Shown here: positions 1 to 11,677 of the stretch, piece after piece | How positions within the stretch are numbered: the stretch's first letter is position 1 | How the letters are laid out: each line of letters opens with the position of its first letter | DNA from: an uncultured Pelagibacteraceae bacterium | GTDB taxonomy: Bacteria > Pseudomonadota > Alphaproteobacteria > Pelagibacterales > Pelagibacteraceae | Direction: 5' to 3' | Assembly (NCBI GenBank): GCA_902588835.1 | Contig: CACIQQ010000005.1 | Span: 8,708 to 72,707 of the forward strand | DNA: 64,000 nucleotides | Translations under genes and position numbers: made by a program | Notes under the pieces: model-generated | Database searches by the model: none | What the model was told of the DNA's origin: nothing | Seen by the model: only the letters and a program-made list of their open reading frames with translations

Positions 1-870
1 TGGATTGATTGCGAACTGAACATTTGAGCCTCCGGTTTCAACACCAATTTTTCTTAAACAAGCAATCGAAGCATTTCTCATCACCTGATATTCCTTATCA
101 GTTAATGTTAACGCGGGAGCTATTGTAACGGAGTCTCCTGTGTGGGTCCCCATCGGATCTATATTTTCTATTGAACAAACAATAATACAATTATCATTTT
201 TATCCCTCACGACCTCCATTTCAAACTCTTTCCAACCATCTAGACACTCTTCCACGAGCACTTGATTTTGAGGAGACTCGTGAAGTCCACCCTTAACAAT
301 TTTAAAAAAGTCTTTCTTTGTTCTTGCTATTCCGCCTCCAAGCCCACCCAAGGTAAATGAAGGTCTTATTATCGCTGGTAATCCAATTTTTTTTAAACAC
401 TTTGAAGCATTTTTAAAATTATTTAATATCTCAGATTTAGGAAGATCAATACCAATATCTGACATGTTTTTTCTAAATCTTTTTCTATCCTCTGCGTTAG
501 CAATTGCTTTAGAATTTGCTCCAATTAACTCAATCTTATATTTTTTTAACAATCCATTTTTTTCTGCTTTCAAAGCCAGGTTCAATGCTGTTTGTCCGCC
601 CATTGTAGGTAGAATAGCGTTAGGTTTTTCTTTCTTAATTATTTCTTCGAGGACTGCTACAGATATTGGCTCAATATATGTTTGATCTGCAACTTCAGGA
701 TCTGTCATTATTGTTGCAGGATTTGAATTGACTAAAATTACTTTATAGCCTTCATCTTTAAGAGCTTTACATGCTTGTGTTCCTGAGTAATCAAACTCAC
801 ATGCTTGACCTATAATGATTGGACCAGCACCAATTACCAAAATTTTTTTAATGTCTTTTCTTTTTGGCAT
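1..870 (-). CDS. carB: Carbamoyl-phosphate synthase large subunit, N-terminal part (runs off the window edge)
   Basis: Manual translation from ATG at 870: [37 protein letters not shown], the canonical CarB N-terminus. Overlaps the carA stop. Not in the ORF track because it is truncated. Confidence 0.97.
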   Translation of the reverse strand, partial: MPKRKDIKKILVIGAGPIIIGQACEFDYSGTQACKALKDEGYKVILVNSNPATIMTDPEVADQTYIEPISVAVLEEIIKKEKPNAILPTMGGQTALNLALKAEKNGLLKKYKIELIGANSKAIANAEDRKRFRKNMSDIGIDLPKSEILNNFKNASKCLKKIGLPAIIRPSFTLGGLGGGIARTKKDFFKIVKGGLHESPQNQVLVEECLDGWKEFEMEVVRDKNDNCIIVCSIENIDPMGTHTGDSVTIAPALTLTDKEYQVMRNASIACLRKIGVETGGSNVQFAINP

Positions 871-2041
871 ATTTTTTTACTTCCATAATAAAGTTATTAA
901 ATAGATAATGACTGTCTTGAGGACCTGGATTTGATTCAGGGTGATACTGTACTGAAAAAACTGGTTTATTTTTTAACTTGATGCCTTCAATACTGTTGTC
1001 AAATAATGATTTATGAGTAATTTCGATTTTAGACGGCAAATTATTTTTGGTAACTTCAAATCCATGATTTTGACTGGTTATTTCAACTTTATTATCTTTT
1101 ATGTTTTTGACAGGATGGTTCGCGCCCCTATGTCCAAGCTTCATTTTTTTTGTTTTACCACCTAGAGCAAGAGCTAATAATTGATGTCCAAGACAAATTC
1201 CAAAAATTGGTAAACCTTTTTTTATAAGATTTTTTATAATTTTAATTGCATATTTGCCTGTCGCCGCAGGATCACCAGGGCCATTTGACAAAAAAATTCC
1301 ACTTGGTTTAAGTGTCATGATATATTCAGCTGAAGCATCACACGGCACAACTATTACATCACAATAAAAATTTGAAAAATACCTTAAAATGTTTGTTTTA
1401 ATACCATAATCAATTGCAACTACTCTAAATTTCTTTTTTTTAATCTTTTTAAAACCATCTTCTTTTGTCCATGTCTTAAGCCCTTTCCATGAAAATTTAT
1501 TTTTAGTAGACACTGTTTTTGCTAAATCCAGACCCTTCAGTCCCGGCCATTTAAGAGTTGTATTGATAAGTTTTTTTAATGGGAAAACGCCTTTTTTTTT
1601 ATGAGAAATAGTTCCCCTTGGCGCTCCTTTATCTCTTATAAAATTTGTTAAGCTTCTGGTGTCTAAACCAGTTAAACCAACAATTTTATTTTTTTTAAGC
1701 CACAAATCTAACTCTATTAACGATCTATAGTTTGAGGGATTAGTTATTTCTGAATTGAAAATCACACCTCTAGTCCAGACTTTTTCAGATTCATTATCTT
1801 GTATATTGGTTCCAACATTACCAATGTGTGGAAAGGTAAAATTAATAATTTGTCCCGCATAAGAGGGATCTGAAATTATTTCTTGGTAACCCGTTATTGA
1901 AGTATTAAAACAAACTTCTCCTGTAGCAGTACCTTCATAACCAATACCAATTCCATTAAAAATTGATTTATTTTCAAGAACTAAAATACCCGGGCTAAAA
2001 TTTGATTTTTTTTTTGAGTTTACTTTTTGTTTTTTGTTCAA
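848..2041 (-). CDS. carA: Carbamoyl-phosphate synthase small subunit
   Basis: [29 protein letters not shown] and SVQYHPE glutaminase motifs; adjacent to carB. Confidence 0.97.
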   Translation of the reverse strand: MNKKQKVNSKKKSNFSPGILVLENKSIFNGIGIGYEGTATGEVCFNTSITGYQEIISDPSYAGQIINFTFPHIGNVGTNIQDNESEKVWTRGVIFNSEITNPSNYRSLIELDLWLKKNKIVGLTGLDTRSLTNFIRDKGAPRGTISHKKKGVFPLKKLINTTLKWPGLKGLDLAKTVSTKNKFSWKGLKTWTKEDGFKKIKKKKFRVVAIDYGIKTNILRYFSNFYCDVIVVPCDASAEYIMTLKPSGIFLSNGPGDPAATGKYAIKIIKNLIKKGLPIFGICLGHQLLALALGGKTKKMKLGHRGANHPVKNIKDNKVEITSQNHGFEVTKNNLPSKIEITHKSLFDNSIEGIKLKNKPVFSVQYHPESNPGPQDSHYLFNNFIMEVKKYAKKKRH

Positions 2042-2166
2042 TTACAACTCATGAGTTAAAGGTTAATACAATAAAAGCTCGAGTTAAGCAACTGAACTAA
2101 TACAAAATTTAAAAAAAAAAACAATTTTTCTTTTAAGAAAAAATCTTTAAGTTAAGTTAGATAAAA

Positions 2167-2628
2167 ATGTCCATTAAAGAAAAAATTAACGACGAGTATA
2201 AAACTGCTCTAAAATCGAAAGATAAAAACAAGATATCAACTTATAGGTTAATTCTGTCTGGGATAAAAGATTTGGATATTTCAAATAGATCAGGACCAAA
2301 TAAGAAAGAGACAGATGATGAAGATATTAAAAAACTTTTAAAAAAAATGATTAAACAAAGAAACGAATCAGTTGAAATTTACAAAAAAAATAAGAGAGAG
2401 GATTTGTTTAAAATAGAGCAAGGAGAAATAGACTTGCTATCAACATACTTACCCAAACAACTAAACGAAGAAGAAACTAAAAAAATATGTTCGGAAATTA
2501 TTACAAAAGTCGGAGCTCAAACTATTAAGGACATGGGTAAAGTAATGGGTGAACTGAAAAAGAATTATTCTGATAGCATAGATTTTTCAAAAGCCGGTTC
2601 AATACTAAAGGAATTATTAAATAAATAA
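2167..2628 (+). CDS. GatB/YqeY domain protein
   Basis: YLPKQL and KDMGKVMG YqeY motifs; typical position between carA and dnaG. Confidence 0.92.
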   Translation: MSIKEKINDEYKTALKSKDKNKISTYRLILSGIKDLDISNRSGPNKKETDDEDIKKLLKKMIKQRNESVEIYKKNKREDLFKIEQGEIDLLSTYLPKQLNEEETKKICSEIITKVGAQTIKDMGKVMGELKKNYSDSIDFSKAGSILKELLNK

Positions 2629-4397
2629 TGAAATATCCAAAAGAGTATCTTGACGAAATTAAAATAAGACTGAAGGTTTCTACTGTTGTTTCAAAACATG
2701 TGTCATTAAAAAAAAGAGGAAAGGAGTTTGTAGGACTATCACCTTTTAAAAATGAAAAGACTCCATCTTTCACTGTTAATGATGAGAAAGGTTTTTATCA
2801 TTGTTTTAGTACTTCAGAACATGGAAATATTTTTGACTTTGTGATGAAAATGCAAAACTTTAAATTTGGCGAAGCAGTAAAATTTTTAGCTAACTTAGCT
2901 GGAATGGCACCTTATAGGTTTTCTAAAGTTGATGAGCAAAGAGAAAAAGAATGGAATGAATACACCAATATATATTCAGACTACGCTGATTACTATCACA
3001 ATGAATTAGTAAATAGTACTAATTCTAAGATTGCTTTAGATTATTTAAAAAAAAGAAAAATCAATAATTCAATTATTAAGGACTTTAAGATTGGATTTGT
3101 AAATTTCAATTCAAGTATTTATGAAAAACTAAGAAAAAATTACGATGTGAAAATTTTAAACGAGTCTGGATTATTTTATTATGATGAAAATAAAAAAATA
3201 TATGTTGAAAGATTCAGAAATAGAATAATTTTTCCAATTAATTCTTTATCAGGTAAACCAATGGCTTTTGGTGGAAGAATAATTGATACTAAAAACAAAT
3301 ATGCAAAATATATAAATTCTCCAGAAACAAACTTTTTTAGAAAAGGGAATAATTTATATAACTTAGATAGAGTAAGAAAAATTTCTCATAAATTCGATGA
3401 AGTTTTTTTGGTGGAGGGTTATATGGATGTAATCGGTTTAAGCAAATTTGAAATAGAAAATTGTATTGCAAATTTAGGGACTGCGTTGACTGACAAACAA
3501 ATCTATATGGTAACCCAGTTCTTTGATAATATTATAATTTGTTTTGATGGTGATGAAAGTGGATATAAAGCTGCAATAAGAGCTGCAGAAAATTCAATTA
3601 AAAGTGTTCTTCCCGATAAGCAAATATATTTTTTATTTCTTCCAGACGGAGAAGATCCAGATACTTTTGTTGAAAAAAAAGGAAAAAATGAATTTTTAGA
3701 TTTTTATAAGAATAATAAAATTCCGGTGCACAAATTAATTTTTGAGCATTACAAAAAAGAAAACTCTTCATCCCCATCTGCACTTGCATCTCTTGAAAAG
3801 AAATTAAAAGCTATAGCAAATTCCGTTAAAGATACTGTAGTCAAAAAATATATATTAGGATATTTCTTAGAAAATCTTGCAAAATATTCTCCAGGAACAG
3901 TCTTTAAAAATTTTAAAAAATCTTCTGTCAATTTTAATAAGCCACTTGATAAAACCAAAAAATTATTCAAAGACACTGAAAATTTTTCCTCAGTTGATAT
4001 AAAAGAATTTTGTTTACTTTATATCATGATTAATAATTTGAATTTTTTTTATCAAAGATCAGATTTGTTGGAAAAAATTAAGTTTTTTAAAAAAGAAAAT
4101 ATATTAGTTTTTGAGAAAATCCTGGACTGCTTAAAGAATGGAAATCTCGATAGTTTGCAAATTGATGATCAACTTTTGGATCAAATTGAAAAATATGCAA
4201 ACATAAAGCATATAGTTCAAAAGAATGATAAGGATGAGAGTAAAATTGTAGAAATATTTAATGATATTAAGAACGAACTTAAAACACACGATTTAGAGCT
4301 AAGAATTCAAGAATTAGAATCGAAATTTGCTGAAGATTTTAACCAAAACACTTTTGATGAAATTAATAGGCTTAAAAAAGAGCAAAATATTAATTAA
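2628..4397 (+). CDS. dnaG: DNA primase
   Basis: EKTPSF, RFRNRIIFPI, KYINSPET, VEGYMDVI, FDGD and DPD TOPRIM motifs. Confidence 0.97.
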   Translation: MKYPKEYLDEIKIRLKVSTVVSKHVSLKKRGKEFVGLSPFKNEKTPSFTVNDEKGFYHCFSTSEHGNIFDFVMKMQNFKFGEAVKFLANLAGMAPYRFSKVDEQREKEWNEYTNIYSDYADYYHNELVNSTNSKIALDYLKKRKINNSIIKDFKIGFVNFNSSIYEKLRKNYDVKILNESGLFYYDENKKIYVERFRNRIIFPINSLSGKPMAFGGRIIDTKNKYAKYINSPETNFFRKGNNLYNLDRVRKISHKFDEVFLVEGYMDVIGLSKFEIENCIANLGTALTDKQIYMVTQFFDNIIICFDGDESGYKAAIRAAENSIKSVLPDKQIYFLFLPDGEDPDTFVEKKGKNEFLDFYKNNKIPVHKLIFEHYKKENSSSPSALASLEKKLKAIANSVKDTVVKKYILGYFLENLAKYSPGTVFKNFKKSSVNFNKPLDKTKKLFKDTENFSSVDIKEFCLLYIMINNLNFFYQRSDLLEKIKFFKKENILVFEKILDCLKNGNLDSLQIDDQLLDQIEKYANIKHIVQKNDKDESKIVEIFNDIKNELKTHDLELRIQELESKFAEDFNQNTFDEINRLKKEQNIN

Positions 4398-4465
4398 TTC
4401 AGTTAAATTTTTCGTGGATTTTTTTAAAATAGCTATTATATAAGATTTTCCAAACATTATTAACT

Positions 4466-6325
4466 GTGGAAAGAATAATTACAAAATCATTTGCTAGATT
4501 GATGGGTCGTGGGATCCACCGAGGTTTTATAACTCACGAGGAATTGAATAAATCTTTAGGAAAAAGAAACTTGTCTGGAGAAAATCTTGCACAAGCATTT
4601 TTACACATCTTAGATGAAAAAATTTCCTTGGTTGAAAAAAAATCCGATTTTAAAGCTTTAAAAAAAAGAGACCCAAATAATAAAGAAGAACCAAAAACTA
4701 TTGAAAAAAGTGATGACCCTATAAGAATGTATCTGAGAGAAATGGGAGGTGTTGAACTTTTATCTCGAGAGGGAGAAATAGCAATAGCTAAACGTATAGA
4801 AGCTGGAAAAGATGTGATGTTAAATGCCTTATCCCAAAGTCCAATCACCGCCGCACAATTTTTTGAATGGAACGATAAACTTCAAAATGACGAAATTTTA
4901 GTAAGAGAAATTATAGACATTGATACTAACTATATGGAGGAAGAAAATTCCTCTCAAGAGACGAAAGAAAAAAAAGATGACAATAAAAAAAATAAAAATG
5001 AAAAGAATAATATAGATGACAAAAATGAACAGAACCAACAAGAAGTCGAAGAAGATGAATTTAACCCAACACTTGCTGCAATGGAAAGTGAAATTAAACC
5101 AAAAATTTTACAAACCATTCATAAACTTACCAAAGATTATTCTAAACTTATCAAGTATCAAAATGAAAAATTAGAGTGTGTTTTGAAGAGTTCAGAATTT
5201 ACAAACTCAAAGGAAAAAAGTTACCAAAAAATAGTCACTGAGATACTCGACAATATTAAATCTCTACAATTATCACCTTCAGTTTTAGAGGTTTTAGTTC
5301 AAAAACATTACCTTGAAAACAGAAAAATTGTTTCTTTAGAGGGGAACCTTCTTCGTCTTGCGATTGACAATAAAATTTCAAGAGATGAATTTATTAAATT
5401 TTATGTTGGAAATGAAATAAATCCAAATTTAAAAAATTTTTTAAGCACCAACCAGATATGGAAATCTTTTTTTCAAAAAAATAAAGAAGAGTTCAAGAAT
5501 ATAAGAAATAGGCTAACAGAAATAAGTCATAAACTCGGCATAAGCGTAACAGATTTTAAAAAATTAGTCAGTAGAGTTCAAAAAGGTGAGAAAGAGTCTA
5601 GGATTGCTAAAAAAGAAATGGTTGAAGCTAACTTAAGATTAGTAATTTCAATTGCAAAGAAATATACAAATAGAGGCCTACAATTTTTAGATTTAATTCA
5701 AGAGGGTAATATTGGTTTAATGAAAGCTGTTGATAAATTTGAATACAGAAGAGGCTACAAATTTTCTACATATGCTACATGGTGGATTAGACAAGCCATA
5801 ACAAGATCAATAGCAGATCAAGCTAGAACAATTAGAATACCTGTCCATATGATAGAAACAATAAATAAAATAGTTAGAACCCAAAGACTTATTTTAAGTG
5901 AGTTTGGTCGTGAGGCCACACCTGAAGAACTTGCAAAAAAATTAAGAATGCCATTGGAAAAAGTTAGAAAAGTATTAAAAATTTCAAAAGAACCTGTTTC
6001 ACTTGAAAAACCAGTTGGAGATGAAGAAGACAGTAGTCTTGGCGACTTTATTGAAGATACAAAAGCTCTGGCTCCTTTAGAACAAGCTATTAAATCTAAC
6101 TTGAGTGAAGCTACAACTAAAATTTTATCAACTTTAACTCCAAGAGAGGAGAGAGTGTTAAGAATGAGGTTTGGTGTTGGTATGAACACAGACCACACCT
6201 TAGAAGAAGTTGGTCTACAGTTCTCTGTTACCAGGGAACGTATTAGACAAATTGAAGCAAAAGCTTTGAGAAAGTTAAAACATCCTAGTAGATCTAAACA
6301 ACTTAAAAGCTTTCTAGAAAGTTAA
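4466..6325 (+). CDS. rpoD: RNA polymerase primary sigma factor sigma-70
   Basis: [41 protein letters not shown] and TRERIRQIE; GTG start. Confidence 0.98.
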   Translation: MERIITKSFARLMGRGIHRGFITHEELNKSLGKRNLSGENLAQAFLHILDEKISLVEKKSDFKALKKRDPNNKEEPKTIEKSDDPIRMYLREMGGVELLSREGEIAIAKRIEAGKDVMLNALSQSPITAAQFFEWNDKLQNDEILVREIIDIDTNYMEEENSSQETKEKKDDNKKNKNEKNNIDDKNEQNQQEVEEDEFNPTLAAMESEIKPKILQTIHKLTKDYSKLIKYQNEKLECVLKSSEFTNSKEKSYQKIVTEILDNIKSLQLSPSVLEVLVQKHYLENRKIVSLEGNLLRLAIDNKISRDEFIKFYVGNEINPNLKNFLSTNQIWKSFFQKNKEEFKNIRNRLTEISHKLGISVTDFKKLVSRVQKGEKESRIAKKEMVEANLRLVISIAKKYTNRGLQFLDLIQEGNIGLMKAVDKFEYRRGYKFSTYATWWIRQAITRSIADQARTIRIPVHMIETINKIVRTQRLILSEFGREATPEELAKKLRMPLEKVRKVLKISKEPVSLEKPVGDEEDSSLGDFIEDTKALAPLEQAIKSNLSEATTKILSTLTPREERVLRMRFGVGMNTDHTLEEVGLQFSVTRERIRQIEAKALRKLKHPSRSKQLKSFLES

Positions 6326-6341
6326 AATTTTATTTTATTAA

Positions 6342-7088
6342 ATGGACTTAGTAAGTGTAATAATTCCATACTATAAAAAAAGAAATTTTGTTAGAGAAAC
6401 AATAATTTCTGTCATCAATCAAAGTTATGAAAATTTCGAAGTATTAGTTATTTTTGACGACACTAATATAAACGATTATGAATATGTGAAAGAAATTGGG
6501 AAATTAGACAACAGAATAAAGATCTTAAAAAATGATAGAAACTTAGGTGCCGGTTTTTCAAGAAATTTGGGTATTCGAAAATCTAGTGGAAAATACATTG
6601 CTTTTTTAGATGCTGACGATATTTGGAGCCCAGATAAACTTAAAAATCAAATATCATTTATGAGTAAAAATAATTACAAAATATCACATACTTCTTATTA
6701 TATTATTAATGAAAAAAAAAAAATAATTGGGCATAGAAAAGCTAGGGATTTACTATCAATTAATGAAGTTCTTAAGTCTTGCGATATAGGTTTATCCACT
6801 GTGATTATTGAGAAATCAATCATTATAAAAAATAAAATTGAATTTCCTAAAATTAATACTAAAGAGGATTTTGTTTTTTGGTTAATGTTATTAAAAAAAG
6901 AATATAAGTTTTATGGATATGATAAGTATCTTACAAATTGGACTGATGCAAAAAATTCACTTTCTTCATCCATAATCCAAAAATTAGGTGATGGATTTAA
7001 AGTCTATTACTATTATATGAATTTTAATATATTTAAGTCCATTTATTTTTTATTATGCTTAAGTTTGAATTATCTTAAAAAAAAATAA
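6342..7088 (+). CDS. Glycosyltransferase family 2 (TuaG-like)
   Basis: VSVIIPYY, RNLGI, YIAFLDADD and ED motifs. Confidence 0.9.
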   Translation: MDLVSVIIPYYKKRNFVRETIISVINQSYENFEVLVIFDDTNINDYEYVKEIGKLDNRIKILKNDRNLGAGFSRNLGIRKSSGKYIAFLDADDIWSPDKLKNQISFMSKNNYKISHTSYYIINEKKKIIGHRKARDLLSINEVLKSCDIGLSTVIIEKSIIIKNKIEFPKINTKEDFVFWLMLLKKEYKFYGYDKYLTNWTDAKNSLSSSIIQKLGDGFKVYYYYMNFNIFKSIYFLLCLSLNYLKKK

Positions 7089-7089
7089 A

Positions 7090-8112
7090 ATGATTTTTTA
7101 CTATATTTACCTTCTCTCAGTTTTTGCAATCTCTTTTCTTCTTAAAAAAAAGAGTTTATTTTTAAACTATTCCGGAGAAAATCATCAATCTTTTTCAAAC
7201 AAAGGAAACGTTCCTTTAAGTGGTGGTTTTTTTATACTTATTCCTTTAATATTTTTTTTTTCAAATAATCTTGAATTTAATTTTTTTTTAGTTTCAATAT
7301 TCCTAATTGGTTTTTTTTCTGATAGGAAATTTTTGGTCTCACCAAAAAAAAGGTTCATTATTCAAAGTATATTAATTTTTTCATTTGTAATTATTATAGA
7401 TCTTAAAATAGCTTCATCTAGAATTGAGTTATTTGATATCATTTTAAATAATACAATTTTTGCATATTTTTTTACGACATTTTGTTTGCTCATTTTAGTT
7501 AATGGTAGCAACTTTATTGACGGTTTAAATGGACTATTGATTTCCTATACATTAATTGTTTTGTATTTTTTAATAAATTTAGGTTTATTAGATAATTTTA
7601 TAATTTCAGATAAATTTATCGATCTGATATTAATTCTATTGCTGCTTCTTTTACTTTTAAATATTTCAAATATCTTGATGCTTGGAGACAGCGGGGCGTA
7701 CTTATTAGGTTTTTTTCTTGGATTCATAATAATTAGTTCACATATTAATAGTCCTAATATTTCTCCGTATTTTTTTATTTCATTAATATGGTATCCTTGT
7801 TTTGAAAATCTTTTTTCCATCATTAGAAAATTTAATAAAAAATTTTCACCTTTAAAACCTGACAATAAACATTTACATCAACTTGTTTTTTTCTTTATAA
7901 AAAAAGTGCTTAAATTAAATGTTATTCTTTCTAATAATTTAAGTAGTATAATTATTTGTTTTTTTAATTTCCTGATAATATATGTTTCTACTTTAAACCC
8001 GAGTAGCACCATTTTTCAAATTCAACTAATAATTTTATCGGTTATTTTTTATAACGTAATTTATATTTTATTGAATAAATTTTATAAGCGGAAATTAGGA
8101 TTTAAAAAATAA
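7090..8112 (+). CDS. WecA/MraY-family polyprenyl-phosphate sugar-1-phosphate transferase
   Basis: Multi-TM protein with VPLSGG, NFIDGLNGL, LGDSGA and PDNKHLH motifs. The usual DD motif reads SD. Confidence 0.85.
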   Translation: MIFYYIYLLSVFAISFLLKKKSLFLNYSGENHQSFSNKGNVPLSGGFFILIPLIFFFSNNLEFNFFLVSIFLIGFFSDRKFLVSPKKRFIIQSILIFSFVIIIDLKIASSRIELFDIILNNTIFAYFFTTFCLLILVNGSNFIDGLNGLLISYTLIVLYFLINLGLLDNFIISDKFIDLILILLLLLLLLNISNILMLGDSGAYLLGFFLGFIIISSHINSPNISPYFFISLIWYPCFENLFSIIRKFNKKFSPLKPDNKHLHQLVFFFIKKVLKLNVILSNNLSSIIICFFNFLIIYVSTLNPSSTIFQIQLIILSVIFYNVIYILLNKFYKRKLGFKK

Positions 8113-8763
8113 CTTTATCATTGATAATAATATTTTAAATCCATCTTTGAAAGCATTAACTTTTTTTTTACCACCAATTCTTGGTCTTTCATAAGACTCG
8201 CTATTACAAATTTTCAAATTTGCTCTGCTTGCTTTAATTGGTAATTCTACGCAAAATGAAAAATCTTTTGAAATAAGATTAAGTTTTTTTGCACTAGAAG
8301 TTTTCGCCATAACATAAGTGTATAAAATATCGGTAATCTTAAGCTTGAAAAAAATTTTTCCCAGTGATGTAAAAATATAATTTCCAACAAATGTGATTAA
8401 TGTATCATCATCACTACCACAATTTTTTTCATATCTAGTAGCAAATACAAAATCATATTTACCATTTTTAATCTTATCAAACATGTTTTTTAATTCATTT
8501 GGATTAAATGATCCATCTGCATTAAAAATACAAAAAAACTCTGTATCAACTGATTGAATACCCTTAATTAATGCGTCGCCATATCCAACAGAGTCTTGAT
8601 AGATTATTTTGCAGTCATGGTTCTCAATCGATTGAATTGTTAATTTATCAGAACTTTCTAATATAACATTTTTTTTAAAATTAAAATTTTTAAGCTCGTT
8701 TAGAACTTTAGGTAAAGACTCTTTTTCATTTTTTGCCGGAATTATTAAAGTTAGATCACTCAT
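8095..8763 (-). CDS. Glycosyltransferase family 2, DPM1/GtrB-like
   Basis: LIIPAKNE, GYGDAL, FNADGS and R-x-GG-K-K motifs. Start re-called to the ATG at 8763 (MSDLTLIIPAKNE); the ORF track starts at 8850. Confidence 0.85.
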   Translation of the reverse strand: MSDLTLIIPAKNEKESLPKVLNELKNFNFKKNVILESSDKLTIQSIENHDCKIIYQDSVGYGDALIKGIQSVDTEFFCIFNADGSFNPNELKNMFDKIKNGKYDFVFATRYEKNCGSDDDTLITFVGNYIFTSLGKIFFKLKITDILYTYVMAKTSSAKKLNLISKDFSFCVELPIKASRANLKICNSESYERPRIGGKKKVNAFKDGFKILLSMIKLFFKS

Positions 8764-8868
8764 ATTTTTTTTTGAATAAAACAGAAAAAAATCAAAAACA
8801 ACAATAATTAATTCAATGGAACTAATTTTTTTATTCAATATATTTATCAATACATTATATATAGTTTC

Positions 8869-10554
8869 ATGGTAAGTAATTATTTTATATTCTTTTTAAG
8901 CTTCTTTTTGATAGTTTTTTCAGTAATCGGACATGGTCTTTTAGCCATAAAAGTATTTAGAATAAATATATCTAATGATGAAATTGGTTTTGTTGGCTTA
9001 GTAGGAATTTTCTTTTTGTTACTTTATTCTTTCCTAACCCATTTTTTTGTAAGTCATGGGTATATTCATAATATTATATTTATGACAATAGGGTTGATAT
9101 CATTATTCTTTTTTAGGACAACAGTCTTTAACAAGCAAAATTTTAAATATGTATTTATTGGTTTTACACTAATTTTTTTAGCATTTATTATTTTCAAAAC
9201 ACACGATGACTTTGGATATTACCATTTTCCATATAGTTATTATTTGAATAAATTTTCAATGATAATTGGAGTTGGACCTTTGAATCATGGTTTCAGAACC
9301 CCATCATCAATTTTTTATCTTAACTCGTTATTTTATTTTCCTTATATAGAATATTATCTTTACCATATGGGTGCTATTTTAATCATGGGTTTTTCTAATA
9401 TTATTTTAATTTCAAATATTAGAGAATGTTTGGAAAAAAAAGAAAATAGTCAGTTTTTCTTTTTTAGTATATTAGCCTTTATATTTATTAATATTTTTTT
9501 TTATAGGATAGCAGAACATGGCACAGATAGGTCTGCACAAATTCTTATTTTCTTATTATTTATTTATATTTTAACTGTAAGAGATAATTATAAGAACTTT
9601 AAAAATATTTTACCTAAATTGATAATTTTAATAAGTATTATTATTTCTCTTAAATCTTTTTACGTTTTATATTTAATTTTTATAATTCCTTTTATTTATT
9701 ACATTGTTTCAGATAAAAAAACCCACCTTCTCCTTCAAATATTAAAAAATCCAATATTTTATTTTTCTGTTTTAATGGGTGTTTGTTTAATGTTAATTTA
9801 TTTTTTTAATACTGGATGTCTTCTTTATCCAATACAACAAACATGTTTTAGCACTGTGGAGTGGAGTATTCCAAGGACAGAAGTAAGTGCTTTAAATACT
9901 CATTATCAGTGGTGGGCAAAAGCAGGTGGTGCTCCTGGATATAGATCTCCCATTGATCCCCAGATATATATTCAAAATTTTAATTGGATTTCTGATTGGA
10001 CTGAAAAATATTTTTTTACAAAAGTTTCAGACTTTTTATTAAGTTTAACAATTGTATCTACTGTTTTAATATTAACGTTTAAATCAAAAAAAATAAAATT
10101 GAATCAGGAAAAAATTCAGGACAGCTCATTATATTTTTATTTTATTTTACTATTATTTATAGAGTGGTTTTTGTACCATCCTGCGTTAAGGTATGGAGGT
10201 TATATCATTATTTCTCTAATTTTTTTTATTCCTCTTTCTTATTATCTGTCGAAATATGAATTGCCAAAAAATTTTAGTTTAAAAGTAATTATTATATGCT
10301 TATTAATTCTTTCAATTTTTCTAGGTAGAAATATTGATAGGATCGTTTACGAGAATAAATTTTATAAAGCAAACTTCATGGAGAATATGTTTTTTTTTAC
10401 AGATAAATCTCATTTCAGAATTGACAATCGGTTAAGAGGATTTTTGAAAACCTATCAAGATTGCAATCTTATTAAAGATAAATGCTTAGAGAATAAAGAC
10501 TTTGTAATAAAAAAAAGCAAAGGAAAAATGATAATAATTAAGATTAGAAATTAA
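8869..10554 (+). CDS. Large polytopic membrane protein, possible GT-C-fold glycosyltransferase
   Basis: More than 10 hydrophobic segments; HDDFGYYH acidic motif in a loop; located in a glycosylation cluster. Function is inferred. Confidence 0.55.
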   Translation: MVSNYFIFFLSFFLIVFSVIGHGLLAIKVFRINISNDEIGFVGLVGIFFLLLYSFLTHFFVSHGYIHNIIFMTIGLISLFFFRTTVFNKQNFKYVFIGFTLIFLAFIIFKTHDDFGYYHFPYSYYLNKFSMIIGVGPLNHGFRTPSSIFYLNSLFYFPYIEYYLYHMGAILIMGFSNIILISNIRECLEKKENSQFFFFSILAFIFINIFFYRIAEHGTDRSAQILIFLLFIYILTVRDNYKNFKNILPKLIILISIIISLKSFYVLYLIFIIPFIYYIVSDKKTHLLLQILKNPIFYFSVLMGVCLMLIYFFNTGCLLYPIQQTCFSTVEWSIPRTEVSALNTHYQWWAKAGGAPGYRSPIDPQIYIQNFNWISDWTEKYFFTKVSDFLLSLTIVSTVLILTFKSKKIKLNQEKIQDSSLYFYFILLLFIEWFLYHPALRYGGYIIISLIFFIPLSYYLSKYELPKNFSLKVIIICLLILSIFLGRNIDRIVYENKFYKANFMENMFFFTDKSHFRIDNRLRGFLKTYQDCNLIKDKCLENKDFVIKKSKGKMIIIKIRN

Positions 10555-10627
10555 ACTTTATATAAAAAAATTTTATTTCTCAAAATAACTCTTAACAAAT
10601 GTTTAAAAAGTATATAATAGGAAAACT

Positions 10628-11677
10628 ATGAAAAAAAAAATTGCCTTAATATTTGGTATTACTGGTCAAGATGGTTCTTATCTTGCAGAATTTTTATTAA
10701 AAAAGAAATACGTGGTTCATGGAGTAAAGAGAAGATCTTCTTCAATTAATACCTCACGAGTTGACCATATTTATCAAGAGCCAGGAGAAAAATCTCGTAA
10801 TTTTTTTCTTCATTATGGGGATATTACTGACTCAACCTCAGTTTCAAAAATTATTGAAATGATTAGGCCGCATGAAATTTATAATTTAGCAGCTCAATCT
10901 CATGTAGCTGTATCTTTTGAAGTACCCGAATATACTGCTAATGCTGATGCACTCGGAGCTTTAAGAATACTCGAAGCTATTAAATTTCATAGGCTTGAAA
11001 ATAAAACTAAATTTTATCAGGCTGGAACATCTGAAATGTATGGAAAAGTTCAAGATACCCCACAAAATGAAAAAACAAATTTTTATCCCTTAAGTCCTTA
11101 TGGTGTTGCAAAATTATATGCTCACTGGATTACAAAAAACTACAGAGAGGCATATAATATATTTGGCTCCAACGGCATATTATTTAACCATGAAAGCCCC
11201 AGAAGAGGCGAAACATTCGTAACAAAAAAAATTATAAGAGCTCTAGTAAGGATTAAGATGGGTTTTCAAAAAAAATTAATTTTAGGAAACTTAGACTCAA
11301 AAAGAGACTGGGGACATGCAAAAGATTATGTAGAAGCGATGTGGAAAATACTTCAACAAAAAAAGCCTGATGACTATGTAATTGCCACTGGAAAACAATA
11401 CAGCATTAGACAGTTTGTTAATTTTGTTACAAAAAAACTTAACATGAAAATTTCCTGGAAAGGAAAGGGATTAAATGAAAAGGGTTATGATTTGTTAAAC
11501 AAAAAAAATGTTATATTTGTAGATAAGAATTACTTAAGACCACTTGATGTGAATACTTTGCTAGGAAATGCATCAAAAGCAAGAAGAGAATTAAAATGGA
11601 AGCCCCAAATAAATATTCATACCCTTATTGATGAAATGATAACTGAAGAAATGAATATTTTAAATAATGATCAATAA
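10628..11677 (+). CDS. gmd: GDP-mannose 4,6-dehydratase
   Basis: GITGQDGSYLAE, YNLAAQSHV, SPYGVAK and FNHESPRRGETFVT. Confidence 0.97.
   Translation: MKKKIALIFGITGQDGSYLAEFLLKKKYVVHGVKRRSSSINTSRVDHIYQEPGEKSRNFFLHYGDITDSTSVSKIIEMIRPHEIYNLAAQSHVAVSFEVPEYTANADALGALRILEAIKFHRLENKTKFYQAGTSEMYGKVQDTPQNEKTNFYPLSPYGVAKLYAHWITKNYREAYNIFGSNGILFNHESPRRGETFVTKKIIRALVRIKMGFQKKLILGNLDSKRDWGHAKDYVEAMWKILQQKKPDDYVIATGKQYSIRQFVNFVTKKLNMKISWKGKGLNEKGYDLLNKKNVIFVDKNYLRPLDVNTLLGNASKARRELKWKPQINIHTLIDEMITEEMNILNNDQ

Noticed and set aside
464-685. Short ORF antisense to carB, and the many other 60-136 aa antisense or alternate-frame ORFs in the track (e.g. 4534-4848, 5818-6198, 20200-20610, 34604-34915, 45427-45789, 59314-59646)
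   Set aside because: They lie wholly within well-conserved genes and have the composition of shadow ORFs; there is no independent evidence of coding.
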